Below are positions 1 through 14,430 of a stretch of DNA of 64,000 bases, piece after piece. Below the pieces are notes generated by a model. The model had not been told where the DNA came from and searched no databases. It worked only from the letters and a program-made list of their open reading frames with translations. The position numbers and the translations under genes are program-made. Each line of letters starts with the position of its first letter. Positions within the stretch are counted from its first letter, which is position 1. Source of the stretch: Glycera tridactyla. Its lineage: Eukaryota. The stretch is from assembly GCA_965644265.1 (NCBI GenBank), contig OZ286459.1, forward strand, positions 130,510,001 to 130,574,000, read 5' to 3'.

Positions 1-3000
1 CTTCGAACTGACTCTGATATTGAAGAGCATCAGTATACACACAGATAGGTGTTTGTATGTGAATGTCTGTGCGAGTGGGTGAATACGTTTGTGTCTTGAT
101 GCTGCTATATGCCAGATACAGGTATGAGAGGCGGCATACACACACAAAGAAACGACGGAACAGGATCATGCATCCATGAACACGGACGACCTACTTATTC
201 ATATAGAAACATTTTGTCTATCAGATATATGTCTAGTAATCGGACAATTTGTCCTTCTGTTTCAGAACAGCGGATACTTTACTTCGACGGTAGGTAATAC
301 TCATCTCATCACTAGAATTGATCAAATCTGCTAGAGAGACCACCTCTATGCGAATGCTTTGTTATGAACGGAAACAACCACTCCTTAAAGAATAAAAGGC
401 CTACATTTCACAATGAGTGTTTTGATGCGGGGAGGTATAGTCTTTGTAAGCAGGTTTGACAACACTTCTCAATCATACTCCTAACCTCAGCAAATCCCTC
501 ATCTAGGCAAGTAAGCACGATGAGCAATTTTCACTCTGGCCACATCTCTAAATATAGCACATTGGACTTCACAATGTCAACTTGGCATGGCTACGTGTAT
601 ACATGCATTGAATAACGCCTTCCTTCTTCCAGACCAATTCTGATTTGCCTCTTTACTAATGGTCGATGCTCCGGAAACCCATTTCATCCTGATTGAACGA
701 ATTCTCCACTAAATTATCGACTTCGGAATCCATATTTAGATGAATCAAAGTAGTTGTACAACGCCCATACATCGGGTAGGGGCCGAGGGACATGAAGTGA
801 GTCCTGAATAGCAGCACCTGACGTGAGGATCGTCGAACGATGGGGGAACGTCTAAGCCATCCGGGATGCTGAATGAACGACCTTGACGTCAAATATACGT
901 TCTCGACGTCTTTCAGACGTTGATTTTTTATGTGCGTATCATCCACGTGACTAATCACGTAATTCCCACCATGGTGGGTTATGCTGCGAATCTCTGATTA
1001 GATAATTGGGGTATTGATCTCAGACGCAAATAATCAGCATCACCCCCACCCCCAAACACGGCCTTCTAACCCTCCCTTCACAGCCGCACCTCTCAGAAAA
1101 AAAAAAAAATTAATCACTGCCACCATAGCTAGTGGTTCATTTCTCCCAAACTCAACCTCTTTCGGATACAATGAGAGGCGATTCTGAGCTAACTGCTCCC
1201 GATTCACGTCTGGAAATAGCACCAACTCGGAGTTGTTGCTGGCTGTTCAGATTTCAATGAACCGATAATTGTCAGGCTTGGCCGATACTCACTGCCAATT
1301 TAGTGACCTCATTGAATTCAGAAAATATTGCAAAATTCATAGGGTCCGTCCAAGGGAAAAAACTATGTTTGATGCACGTTTTATGCATGGCAAACACGAG
1401 AAGACCATGTGTTTGTGAAGATATTTGGTATAATTCTCCAAGAAGAGCGAGACGACGCGAGTGAAATAGATTTATTGAAGGCTGGCTTTTTATCAGCGCC
1501 TCTTCCAATTAGACGGTGATTACATGCCTGACTGTTCGAAAACATCCACCAATCATCGGCTCAATCTCGATTCGGGGAAGAATAATATGAAATTAGGGGC
1601 AATTAGAATGATGAGAGAATGTGTGCGGGTAGAGAATCAAAATCTGACGTATATGTAGAGGATGTGTAGGGGAAAAAATAAATCTGTGGATTGAGATCGG
1701 TAGTCCAAATAACCTATGTGTGTGGATAATATGAAGTTTCTGTTATCTTCATGCATTTCAGTCTATTTCAAAAGCGAAGATTACTGATTTAACATTAGGT
1801 ACTTCCCTAGACATAATGAGCTATGTGTATTTCGAATCTCACTGTTGAATTCGCCTCCATGGACTGGATCTTCACTAGTATGAGATATATGGGGCTAAGA
1901 TCAAATAGCATGATTTTGTTGAGCTGTATTCAGTGTCTAGGCGTGTACTCAAACACACAGCTTATCGTGTGCCGATTTAGCCTTCATTTGCGACCGGCAC
2001 CAGGAATAGTCTTCTTCCGATGCGTATATATGGTGCCTTCATCTTCGAATAATCCTGCCTGTGGTGACGATACGTTGAGTCCAACTCAATCATTCTACGA
2101 TTCAAAACCATTGTGTTGGGAGGGGCTGCTGAAGATGATAGAAGGGATGAGAGTGGCAGATAAGCCAAGCTGGACTGACAAAACAGCAGCCTGAAGGAGG
2201 GGACATTTTAAATTGATAGTGATTTGACGAAATTGACCAGCCGACCGAAGGACTGAAAGTGAGGGGGTTGGGCCAAACGGGACCATAATGAGGGGGTAAT
2301 CAGCTACATGAAAGGTAACACCAACGAGTGTTCCGCATTTCCATCCATGCCATTATACCCGCTTACAGAATACATCAAAAGAACCTTATCATCATTGTAT
2401 TACTCTCGATAGCTCGAACTTCTGCCTGAGCACCTCACAAAATTGATAGATTGCAACATTCAAATAACCTTCCGATGAAATCGGGGGTCTTCCTTGCACG
2501 ACAGAGTAGATGAAGATAAAATATGAAGAAACCATTCTTGTGTGTGACGAGATTGATTACATAATGATATTTCACCACAAGCGACAGTGACAGTGAGTTG
2601 TGGTACCTTTAGTCTGTATTTGCTAATTGTATTCTATGGATTAGCCTAATTTACGAGCTGGTGTCTGGCATGTACATCATGCCGTTCAACCCGTCACTTT
2701 CTCATAAATGGGTGACCACAAGTACAGGGGTCTCCAACGTATTGTCTCGCCTTAGTGGACTCCGCTGTTTCTCAATAGTAACGAATTAACCCCTTGTAGC
2801 GAAAAAGAATTTGCTTCCCTTGTGGCAAACTAGAAAGATATTTGAGATATGGGTGGTGGTACGTATGAATTCACACCATTCGGCATGCATTCACTTCTTT
2901 TGAATAATTGTAGACCAGTTTCTAACAAGTAAACTAAGCTAGTATGGTATTTTCTGTCCTTGTTGCCATCGGTATTTGACCATTGCGATGTTTGGAATCA

Positions 3001-3259
3001 TCTCCATCATTCTGGCTCTGCGGCTGGCGGAAGGGCTGTACGTCGGCAGCCTTCATATCCAATTCATGCAAATCGGATGTTGGTTGAGGTTGATTGTATT
3101 TGGTGTGCGGTGAGAGCAGGAGGCAGGCACAAGTCGCCAGAATCAGTGTAAGCTCCCAATTATGCTAATATCTCCATCCCTGACTTATTGATTCTGGCTT
3201 CCGTCTGGCCGATCACTGCGATGAACTCTGGGTCCACTCATACCACAGACAGCTTCAGT

Positions 3260-3560
3260 ACGTATGGTGTCGTATAGTATGATATGGTATGGTTCCATGT
3301 GATGTGAGGATGGCTTGGTATGATACAGAAAGGTAGTGTATGATAACGTATGCTATCGTATGCTACTGTATGCCATTGCATGTCATTGTACTGTATAGCG
3401 AGGGACTCAATGGTAAGGCACGGTATCATGTGTCGTAGGGATTGTCATGGTATGATAAAATGAGAGTACTGTTCTGTGTGGTGTTATAGTATGGTATTGT
3501 ATGATGTTGTCTGGCAAGGTACCTGTAGGCATTAGATATGGTATCTTGTGGTGTTGGGTG
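3260..3560. repeat. Degenerate pentamer satellite (GTATG/TGGTA-like)
   Basis: Recurrent gtatg/atggt/ttgta pentamers. Confidence 0.7.
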
Positions 3561-6404
3561 GTGTGTGGTAGGCTATTGGATTGGGTTTTCAGCAGCCTTG
3601 GATTATATTGGACTGAAAAGAAGAGAAGCACCGCTACCGAGGGCCTTTCCAACCTTTTGTGAAAGACAGAAGTGGTTCTTCTACGTGCACACAGAAACAG
3701 ACTCCTATATACACGGCCGACCTTCGATATCCCAGTCAGCAAGCACTGGGTTATCGTGCATTCGATTGAGATTTTGATTGAGCAGGCAAGTGTGGGATAG
3801 GATTTGACATGGTATTGAATGGTACAGATGTAGGGAATTCAGTATTTCATGCTTTCGATTAGTAAAAGTTCTGTGTTCTGTTTTGTTCCTCAAGGCACTG
3901 GTGACAACACACTTGAAAATGAACCCTCTGCATGGCTGGCCCAGCGCACACACGAGTTGGCCATGAGCATCAATGAAGATCACACGCCAGAGATATCAGG
4001 TGTGAATGGGCAAAATTGGTTTCACACTTCTCCCGAAATAGCCATATAGACCGACGGCGAGGACGCAATCTGTGAAGACTTTTCTTGCATCGCTCTGTTT
4101 ATCTATCGACACCACTCACTCAGATGAACATCCGCGTTTCATCCGCGTTTTGACATTAGATCTTACAAAGGACATTCGAGCTACTCCTGGTGCTGTTAAT
4201 ACAACTGAGGTACTCCTTCATTTTGGGATGTCCGCTCTTCGTCGCTATCTCGTTCAATACTTGGTTATTCATTTGATCAAAAGCTTTGCTTTGTTTTGTG
4301 TGAATATATTGATGCTGATATCCAGAGGGATTGTGTATACGATGTGTGGAATTGCTCCCAGGGGAGGGTATTCATGCTGAGGTGCAAGTCAGGGGAAATA
4401 TTAGTGTCGCTTGAGTAGACAGTTTAGTGTGGTGGTGTTGTCGCGATGGTCGACCGCAAGTCAGTTGGTAAATCCGCAGCCCTGCCGGGAGGCAGGTCCA
4501 TCCAATATTGATAAAGCGCTGGCTGACACAAATATGAGTCTACTATCTCTGCCAGGATACACATAATGGTGCCATAAAAGTCTGTCAACAGAAGCAGTTA
4601 TAATGCTGTGAAGATGGCAATGTTGACTTTATCACGTATACTACTGAAATCACCACACACCACTGAAATAAACAAGCTATACACCATTTCATACAATACA
4701 AATAGCCGAGATAAGCAGCTTATGGTTTTTACGAGCATATTAGAGTATGTGATATATTCTACAACTGACCCCTTCATTGAAAATCAATAGGAAATAGTAT
4801 ACGGTAAAACAGCTTTTTCCACCCTTTTAGCTCAAATCCTGTTAAATGCAATCACACTCGTCAGGTTTATCAAGCTGATTCTACTGATGTTAATCGACTG
4901 ATTCCTAGGGTTTGATATATCAGTCGACCGGATGTCACTACGTAGTCGGAGTCCCTCATGATGGGAAGACGTTCATCAATGCCATGTTTACATGCTTATG
5001 TTTTTTGCCTCGTTCCAGTATAAAAATGAAGGAACATTCCATGTGTTTACATTGATGCAAGCCATCAGCGAGTGGAACACGATATTAATGCATCATTCAA
5101 CTGCATAGACATGTCCGCCGATCGGTAGTTATCAGAATCCTAGGTTTGGAGTTTTTCTCATTCAAGTTGCCTAGCTCAGACGTTGAATGTAAAATATTCT
5201 CTCAACATGTAGTGCAGGCATGCTGTGNNNNNNNNNNNNNNNNNNNNNNNNNNNNNNNNNNNNNNNNNNNNNNNNNNNNNNNNNNNNNNNNNNNNNNNNN
5301 NNNNNNNNNNNNNNNNNNNNNNNNNNNNNNNNNNNNNNNNNNNNNNNNNNNNNNNNNNNNNNNNNNNNNNNNNNNNNNNNNNNNNNNNNNNNNNNNNNNN
5401 NNNNNNNNNNNNNNNNNNNNNNNNNNNNNNNNNNNNNNNNNNNNNNNNNNNNNNNNNNNNNNNNNNNNNNNNNNNNNNNNNNNNNNNNNNNNNNNCCACC
5501 AATTCATCCATTCATATATTCATTCATTTTATCCCGAAATTTGTAAAACCATATGTCGGCCAGAAGTTTTTAGCAGGGAGGGTCATCATGCGGAACTCAA
5601 CCTCAGCATCTGAGGATTATATGTAATCCTAATTGACACAGAAACTGGGGAATGTATGAAGTGATTTGGATTGTTCCATGCAAAGTCGTTGATCATAAAG
5701 AGGTAGGTTGACGTTTCGCTTGGTTAGGCGTTCTTGTAGGCGTGGTCACATTCTGAGCACGTAAAATCAAGGCGACCGGTCGAGTCGGGTCGGGTCAGGA
5801 GAGGTTGGCGATGAAATGTTAAGAAAATTGAATTGCTTTCGTCCTTCTAGTCGCCAGTCGATAGTATTGAGCGCACGCACAGAAGACTGCTTCCGTTCAA
5901 GGCACAATTATGTTGAATGGATCTAAGCTAGTTCATTGATTTAACCAGCAGTCGGCTACATTTGGAGCGAAACTGAAACCAGCCAGCATCAAATAAGAAT
6001 CATCTACTCACTCTGGACTCCAAATGGCATACAATTGTCAGTGTTGTCCCCTCAAAGCACATTGTGATGATGCGATGCTATTCGTCTGTCCGCATGTTTG
6101 TCCGTCTCTCCGTCTGTCCGTCTCTCCGTCTGGATAACTTTTCGGTGTTAGAAAACCTCTCAAAAACATGATCGTCCAAGTGGGGTTCTGACGATCAGCA
6201 TGAAACTGAAATCCAACAGGGTCCTCACTAGACAGAACATGATAAATGACTTCCATGTTCAACATTATATGTTCAGCTTTGCCGTCCGCAACAGGGGGTT
6301 GACTCCAGGGATATGGCACACTCTGGTTATCTATCTATCCATCCATCAATTCATCTATCCATCTAGTCAATAGCCTGTCGGTCGGTCGGTTAGTCCATCT
6401 GTTC

Positions 6405-6439
<35 letters not shown>

Positions 6440-9400
6440 AGTCTGGTGGATTATCTGCATGTCTTTCCACCTATTTGTCTGCACGTCGATCTGTTCATCG
6501 GCCCGCCTGATATCTATCTAGATGTGTGCGTGATTATCTGTTGGACTGAATCATCTTTGGCTCTTGAAGTCTTTCGATTCAAAGGACTAGTCAGAGGACT
6601 AATAAGCAACACCCCTTTACCAGATACTGGTGGTGCCCAATCTGGTACATATGTTTTCCGAACAATGTTGCCTGTTTAAAGATTCTTATCGATATTGAGT
6701 TATCGAAAAAGGACAACTTCTCCAGAACACTATATTGAAGAGGGTTGAATCGGGTAAATACAAGTTGATATGCCTATTTGTGTGCAGTCATTGCCTTGGC
6801 CATCAAGATGGAACAAGGGCGCCAATGTCCACATTGAGGAATTTGCTCACCATCTGTCTCAAAGACCAATAAGATGGCTCTACTCCACCATTTGGAAGAC
6901 AATTCAACATTTCAATTCTATTCAGTTGTCAGTCCATGTTATCAAATTCCTTGGAAATCATGGCGATTTCAATCATCCAAACAGAATAGTTTTTCACTGT
7001 ATTCATAAACCAATACTCAATGAAGTCCAGAACAAAAGCTGCTGATACTCGGCGATTGACCTTCCAGTTCAATGAAGTAGCAGAATCTATTTCAAGGTAT
7101 TCATTCGCACATCCCCAGCGATACCATTAGCTACCTCCACTAATTCGAAAAAAAAAAACAGAAACAGTCCGAACATGACCCGAGACCGATTGAATGAAGA
7201 TTGGATAGAAAAACTCATATTTCACTCGATAGTCCCACCACAGAATCTTATGAGGCCCCAATAATATGGATATGAGCAGAAACACTAGTTGGAGAACCGT
7301 GTACTTCGGTAATCGGCACGAAAATCCAGATGGTCAGTGGATCTACTTGTTTTAATTGGCAGTTGGCCTAATCATCACCATCAGCAGCAGCAGCATCACC
7401 ACCAAACTCCGCTTCACCAAAAACATCAACAATACCACTACCATCACCAACATCAACGCCAGCTTCACCACTAGTATCACCACCACCATCGTCACCATCA
7501 TTGATAACATTAGTTGGTCTTGCTGTTGACGTTGATGTTGGTGCTATAGATACATTGGCGAACTGAGATACTTTATCCGCGGATGTCAGGAACCCATAAG
7601 AAAATCGGAGGGTGGGAGTTCAACCACACGATGTGAAATGCTTATTTGATGTTTACTTGATGACTTCAGTGAACGAGAGATGGTATTGTGTTGGTTATTC
7701 TCCAGTGGGAATTGCATCATAGTGCCCTGCGTTTAGATTGATAAATGCAAGCTTCATGTAGAGAAACTCCGTGGGACCATGGTGATTCCTTCTGAAATCG
7801 CACTGCTCTGTTAGATAATCACAACAGGGAGTGCTAGATCATCATCATCATTCAGTCAAGAACTTCCTTTCATTGTAGAAAAATGTCTTGGCCAGTAGCT
7901 TGACATCAACATAATGGATATCTATAGCAACATCGTATCCGATAGGAACGCGTAGCATGATAATTGTGAAGGATGATACGTGTGATGAGTGGGCCAGTGG
8001 CAACCCAAGTCTTGCTGCCTTCCTCAGAAGACCGTCCCAGGAATACTGACAATGATTCCTCAAAGTGGGAATGACACTTTGATGACCTTCATAGCAATTT
8101 GAGATCATTTACGTTCAACATAACACATTGTGGGTCAAATGAGATTTTCTCCCCCGCGTCAACCCTCCCTCTCATTTGTCTGTTTGTCTGTCTGTAAAGT
8201 AGACTGTCAGAGAATATGTCCGCCAGAAAGCTGGAGTCAACCTTGTGGGACGTGTCAACAAAACGTATGAGCTACCTTAAATTTCCCTTCCGCGTAATTG
8301 GGATGGTTGTCATCATGTCGAAATCGCACTCACAATATGGGCGAAATATCTCAATGGCCAATCGGTGTAAGATTTCTCCCATGGAATACATAGTACTGTC
8401 AGAGCATGTGAAAAATTCCTGCCATGTGTTACCTCACATTGGCTGTTCTAGGCCTACCACCGAAACATTCTTGCCTTAGAATAGTTTACACTAGCTGAAC
8501 TCTTCCGGTTTAGGGTACGTGATCGTGTCTGTCTCTTACTTGTGGGTCACACAATGAAGTATTTCCCTTCTTGAACACCTCAAATATTCAATAGATATGG
8601 AATGCTTTGATGCGCAATTTGTGCATGCCAGACCTGACAACAGAACGCCATATAATGTTCAAATGCGAACACAAAAAAAGACAACATACAACCTATGCTA
8701 CGTAAATAGACGAATACTTACAAGTATACATACAGAGGAGATCATAATATAACGTGGAACCGAGGTGACGTCACTAATTTTAGAAGTATCGGATGATGTC
8801 CCCTTTTGTTTGTGACTGTTTACTCAGCTTTGCATCGGAGAGTTAAAGCTTATATTCAGTAGCAGTAGGACCAGGGATGGTTGATGAGTGCTAGTCACTG
8901 ACTAGAATTATACTCTCCAGATTAGGACTGCAGGCGAGTGGCTTGATTCGGCCCATCACCATCCCCACATCCCGCTGTGAGATGAGGAGGCAGGGAGCCT
9001 GGGAGTGAGGTGATGATATTGATGGCAACCCTGATGTCTAGATGAGGTCGAGCCAACAGAAGGTCAACGTGAATGATGATAATAGCCTTGTACCATTTTT
9101 ATACCCTTCAATAGACCTAGCTCCACTTTCTCTGGATGTCCACTGAGGTAAAAGAGATGGTGGCTCGGGCCTCGCTTGGCGAGGCGTTTGAATAATTGAA
9201 TGTGTTCAGGCCACCTCACTGCCCAAGTTTCCGCGTGCATATGAAGCTTTTCATAGTACACACCTTTTATCAAACGACTGCATGCGAGCCAGCATTCTCC
9301 AAACAGACCGTTGGTTGCAGAGTAAATTTCCAATTGGGTCATCTACAATGCTCGCGTCGTTGTGGTGGTGATTTCACCGTGAATTCCTATCAGATCTGCT

Positions 9401-12375
9401 GCGCTATGACACTGTGGATATTTCATAAGAAAACTTAAGAAATTACACTCATTTTTGTCACGTGACATTTCTAAGTAGCTGATATCAACTTCACAGGTCG
9501 TGCCTACTTCTTTTAGATGAGGAAGGTCAAGCATACCACTCATACCCATCTCTTCCCTGGCACTGTCAGAGGGAAACTTTTTTCATTGTTGACAGCCGCG
9601 CTGGAAGGCCTGATACAAACAACTTTTGTCTCCTCTCCTATCCGACACCATGGAGAACATTCCCGAAAAATCAGGTGATGTTCTTCGTGAGCTGTGACAG
9701 CATTGGAGAAGTTCTTCGGTCAGCTTACAGGAGATCCTCTTATTGTGGGGTAGAATGATATCACGTCTCAACATGGTAACCAGCCGGTACTCAAACAGGC
9801 CCATAAAATACAGAAATATACAAGCCAGTCGGGTATTTAGATTATCATTCCACGAAAAGAACTTTCTTGGTGAAGTGATACTGTGCTTTTCGGGCATTTT
9901 AGTATGTACCTTCGTTGATATGGCATTGATAGGTGTCTTCTAGTGAAACTATATTGATGAGGTTTGGCATGTAGGCTGATGCATGAGTGAATAGTACTGA
10001 CCGCGACAACTGTATGTTTGAATCTAGCTCTTCGATGATGCCCATGCCTTGGTACTCCTGATTAGATTGATATCTTCATGTGATTGGCTGGCTTTCTTTC
10101 ATTAATTGATTGATTGACTGATTGAATAACTGATTGATTGATCAATTGAGTAATGTGTCGCTTGTTCCACAAGCAGGAACATATGAGCGGATGGAGATCA
10201 GTTTCTTCTCAAATGTATTGTCTGAAAAATAATGGAAAATGCATTACAAGTTGCGTTTCTCAGCTGAAGGAGGAATCAGTCTTGCCGAGGGGTTTTATTT
10301 TGGGATGGCTTGCTCGAAGACTCAAAGGAACAATCATGCATGCGGGCCTTCGATTACGAGGTTTCTAGCACTGACTAGTCATGCCCACATTTGCCATGGA
10401 AATCCTTCATTGATTTGAGGCTACTGACCAAAAATATTCACCAGGTAAAGGGTGAAGTTGAGATGAACAACTCTATATTCTGATATGAGATTCGTTGGAT
10501 TTTCTCAATGTGACTTTCACTGAGGAGTAGAAACCGACTGATGTTTATCAAGTGGGTAGACTGTGTATCGGTTCGCAACGATTTGTTGTTCTTTGCAGGT
10601 AAAACATGAAATCATCGTATTAGTAATTGTCTGTGATTCATTCATGACGTTGCAACTCCGTTGTTGTACACACGTAGGCAATACTAGCAAATTCTGGTAT
10701 AATATAGTCAACGCTGGCAAACTGGAAGCTTTGTCGAGCATTCGTTACTTCCTACTTGACCGAGGTGTTGACATGAATTCCACATTTAACGACTAATAAA
10801 TGCACGCAACTGTCTTTGAGGGTATGTGACCAGATTTCAGAACGGCCTCATTTGAAGAAAACTGTACGTGAATGTGATTGATGATGATATAGCGCCATCC
10901 TTACCCACCCATCATGTCGAACACTACCAGCTGATATGTCATATATACGAACTAAGGCTGGTCTAGACCGTGCTGGAATCGATGGATCGAGTATTGTTGA
11001 ATTGTTTCTCCAACCATGGTTGGACCCTTGACGTAAGCGGATAAAGTTTCAAAATAGTCATCTTTCATTACGTGCGGGCATCATGGCGCAGCACAAATAA
11101 TGGAATTGCTTGCTATGCCACCCGTGGTTGAGGCAATAATACACATCAAAACGGTATGATCGTTATACATAGAGTATCGAATGTTGTATTCACCAAGCAG
11201 GACTACATTGCAAGACCAGGATTCATCCAGTAGTCTGAAAGTATCTATCGACCCACCTAGAGTAGGGATGGAGGATGATCACATAATATGACCTCACCAA
11301 TGCCATTCGGAGGGTCATCTGGAAATGGATCACGTAATGCGGATGATACGAGAAACAGTTAATCAACAAACTATCCACCATGGTCGCAGGTGCTTAAACG
11401 TTGTCATTTGACAGCATGCCGGTACAACCTGAAGGTCACACAGAGGTCCCACACAGAAAAACCAGATCTGTGTAGGAGTTAACCAGGCTAGAGGATGATG
11501 GGTTAGTTGTGGTTGTCAATGAATGTCAGCGTCATTCGCTAGACTATGACTGAATTGCAATAGGAATGGGCGGAATCCTTCGCTACTTCTCCTTCCTCTA
11601 TGCAAATTCTAATCGCTTGTTCATGAGTTTTTTCCACGTTCTCGCAATCCTTGCCCTGATCATCATTTTGCATATTTAACAGCAGCATATGCATCAGATA
11701 CTTCATTCACTATGTCTCCGTCTCTCGCCGGCGGTCGAGTAAATATGCTACGATTTTTATTCCATGGCCACCAAATATCTTCAATCTCGGAGAAGGGTGG
11801 ACACGCGAGAGGTATAAATCCAGGATGTAACTAGCTTAATAGTTCCGCTGTGCTCACAGACTGCATGTTGATCAAGTTTCCTGATGGCCCAGCATCAGCC
11901 ACAAAGGCACCGCTTTATTGACTGCTAAGTGCTGTCGAATCAGACGCTGGGTGCTTGTGAAAACACCCTGAATAGAGGGTTATCATCTCCACCACCACTA
12001 CTGCTGCAATCACCATGCTTACTTCCATCAACCTTAGAAACATGGACAGCCTACACCAACAAATAAAAATCATAACAACTATGGGAACAATATCACCTCA
12101 AGATCACATGCCCATGAGATCATCATTTGGACGAGAATTGCGTCCAAGGCAGAAAGATAATGAAATCTGCAATATCATGAATCTTCACTTGTACACTGTC
12201 TGAACAAAGCAAAAACATACATCACGAATAATGACATATCGCCACTGCAGACACCTCAGCCAATTGTGACGAAGTTGTTTGATTGAACAACAAAGGCATG
12301 AATAAAAACCACCAATGGAAAAAAAGGAAAACGACCCCTGCATTCTTGTTCGTGTAGCCGCGTCCGCCACTTTTT

Positions 12376-12545
12376 CCTCCTCCTCCTCCTCCTCCTCCTC
12401 CTCCTCCTCCTCCTCCTCCTCCTCCTCCTCCTCCTTCTTCTCCTTTTTCTTCTTCATCTTCTTCATCTTCTTCAATTTCTTCTTCTTCCTTTTCTTCTTC
12501 TTCTTCTTCTTCTTCTTCTTCTACTTCATCTTCTTCTTTCTTCTC
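12376..12545. repeat. (TCC)n/(TTC)n microsatellite
   Basis: Directly visible. Confidence 0.95.
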
Positions 12546-13929
12546 TCTGTATTATCTTTTTCTACCTTGGTCTATTCTCCATTCTCTGGCGTTCTTGATG
12601 CTTCCTTCCCTTCTCATCCTTATTTTTATTCTGTTTCACGTTTTTAAGGATTTCTGCCTTGTGGGCATCCTTCTTCTTTCCACTTTCATTTGGGACTGCA
12701 GTTTAGATGACAAAAAATGGCACAAATTTTGATAGTTTTTTGGGGTAGCTGATTGAAGGTGATAAACTGCTCCGATTTCCATGAATTCTTGTATGGTTGT
12801 TGTGAAGGCATGTCTGCTTTGTATGGATCACTTGGAAAGCTCATAATGAATCTACTTTTTCATGAAAATGGCTCCTGCTTCTAGGAATTTCCTGCCAGTT
12901 CATGATTGATGTTGTCTCTCTATCAGGTTTGATACTGCTAATGATATGAATACTCTCTACCTTTTATCTTATTTTACTTTATTTCATTTTGAACTGATGT
13001 TTAATTGCACATTATGGGTATACATTGAAGCATTCTAATCTTGGGAGGCATTGAAGCATTTGATTGTATAATTAAGTGATTCATAAGTGAAATTCACATT
13101 TGGTTTTGAGAATAAGATATCCCTATCCTGGCCATTTATACACAGTGAGCAGCAGGTGGACTGGATGAATGTGGCGCCCACTTGAATGGCGGGAAATTCG
13201 AATTTATTTCTCTCACAATCACCAGCAGAGGTGATGTGTGTTACCAGGCATCCTTTTTTCGGCATACATGCCTAGTTCCACCTCGTCCTAAGCTCACCCT
13301 AATATTCTTCTCCTTCAATCATCTCCCATCCCCCCCCCCCTTGCAGATCCCTGTTACCTATGTGTACTTGGTATATGGTCATAATAATATTGTCATACAT
13401 GATAGTCTGTGCTTACCTCGTGTATTTATGTATCAGGCTAATCGATGGGGATACTGGGTCATAAAGCTCATCACTGTAATGAAGTGCTCATCTATTTCTC
13501 GTGGCAGGAGCGTGTAGGTCACAGGGGTGACATCTGGGTGAACCCGATGACAGCGCTTCTAGGGAAGAAATCACCTGTCATACATCAGCAGAGTCGTTCA
13601 TGCTTCCATTATGCAGTCACCATTCTGTGAGCAAAACTGGACTTCTGGGGGACATCAAACTGGACAGTTATCAATCCCAGACTTTCATGTGAGAAATGAA
13701 TGGCTTCGCCTAACTAGCATTGTTCATGACCTGAGAACGTAATTAAATGATTATGAATCTGGTGGTGAGTGTTCACTGTTAATCACAATGATTGAGTGGC
13801 TAGAATCCCTCTCCCGTCGCATGTGCTTTTCAAGTAGCATATGCAAACCATCTTTCGGTCATTGATTACATCGTTGATGGTCTATACAATGGCCATCCCT
13901 GAATTAATCGAGGATACAAGAATGTAGAA

Positions 13930-14430
13930 TGATGTGAGTCTGTCACAGGTGACATGAGGCTATATATGACACTTCGAATTCATGTTATTGATTGGTCATT
14001 CGTCAAAAGCGGGTTTCTCGGCGAGATTCCACCATCAGTTTAATAGTAGCAATGCTCTGACTCCGGTAAGTGCAGGTATTCCATTAGACAAGTGCCTGGC
14101 CTCTTGATGATGTCAATCTTATCCCTTCTCGAGGAATGTATTACCTCCGGATCTAAGTATGCATTCTCCCAGTATTCTTTACTAATACACCAGAAACCTG
14201 AAACGATATTGAACCGTCTATGGCTCATAGTGAAATTATTTTCATGGACAACAATTCTGTGTACCAACACCGGAACTCCATTGTTCGGACTACAATACCT
14301 CATCACCAACGAAACACACTTCGCCCTTTTCATGAGCAACACCACTACCTCTTTGAAGACCGCTCCGCTATCGATTAAGGCTCATGGCGGATGGTTGACA
14401 GCTTCTGGTGATGAACATGAAGTCACATGA
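13930..14430 (+). mobile_element. Possible decayed LINE RT remnant
   Basis: PVSAGIPLDKCLAS resembles VTSGVPQGSCLGP, and the downstream KYAFSQYSL falls at the YADD position. The match is weak. Confidence 0.2.

Noticed and set aside
5146-5626. ORFs spanning N-runs (also at 25325-26570, 30665-31137, 55039-55372, 59117-59570, 61970-62614)
   Set aside because: They are open only because N bases contain no stops, so they are assembly-gap artefacts.
7690-8110. OTU-like relic (LALPVVII ... GHYDAI) on the minus strand
   Set aside because: The motifs are in different frames with stops, and the catalytic Cys motif is not found.
10563-10796. Ankyrin-like FLLDRGVDMN fragment
   Set aside because: It is a single short motif with no convincing exon structure or neighbouring repeats.
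12185-12647. Poly-E/K and poly-S/F ORFs
   Set aside because: They are translations of the (TCC)n/(TTC)n microsatellite.
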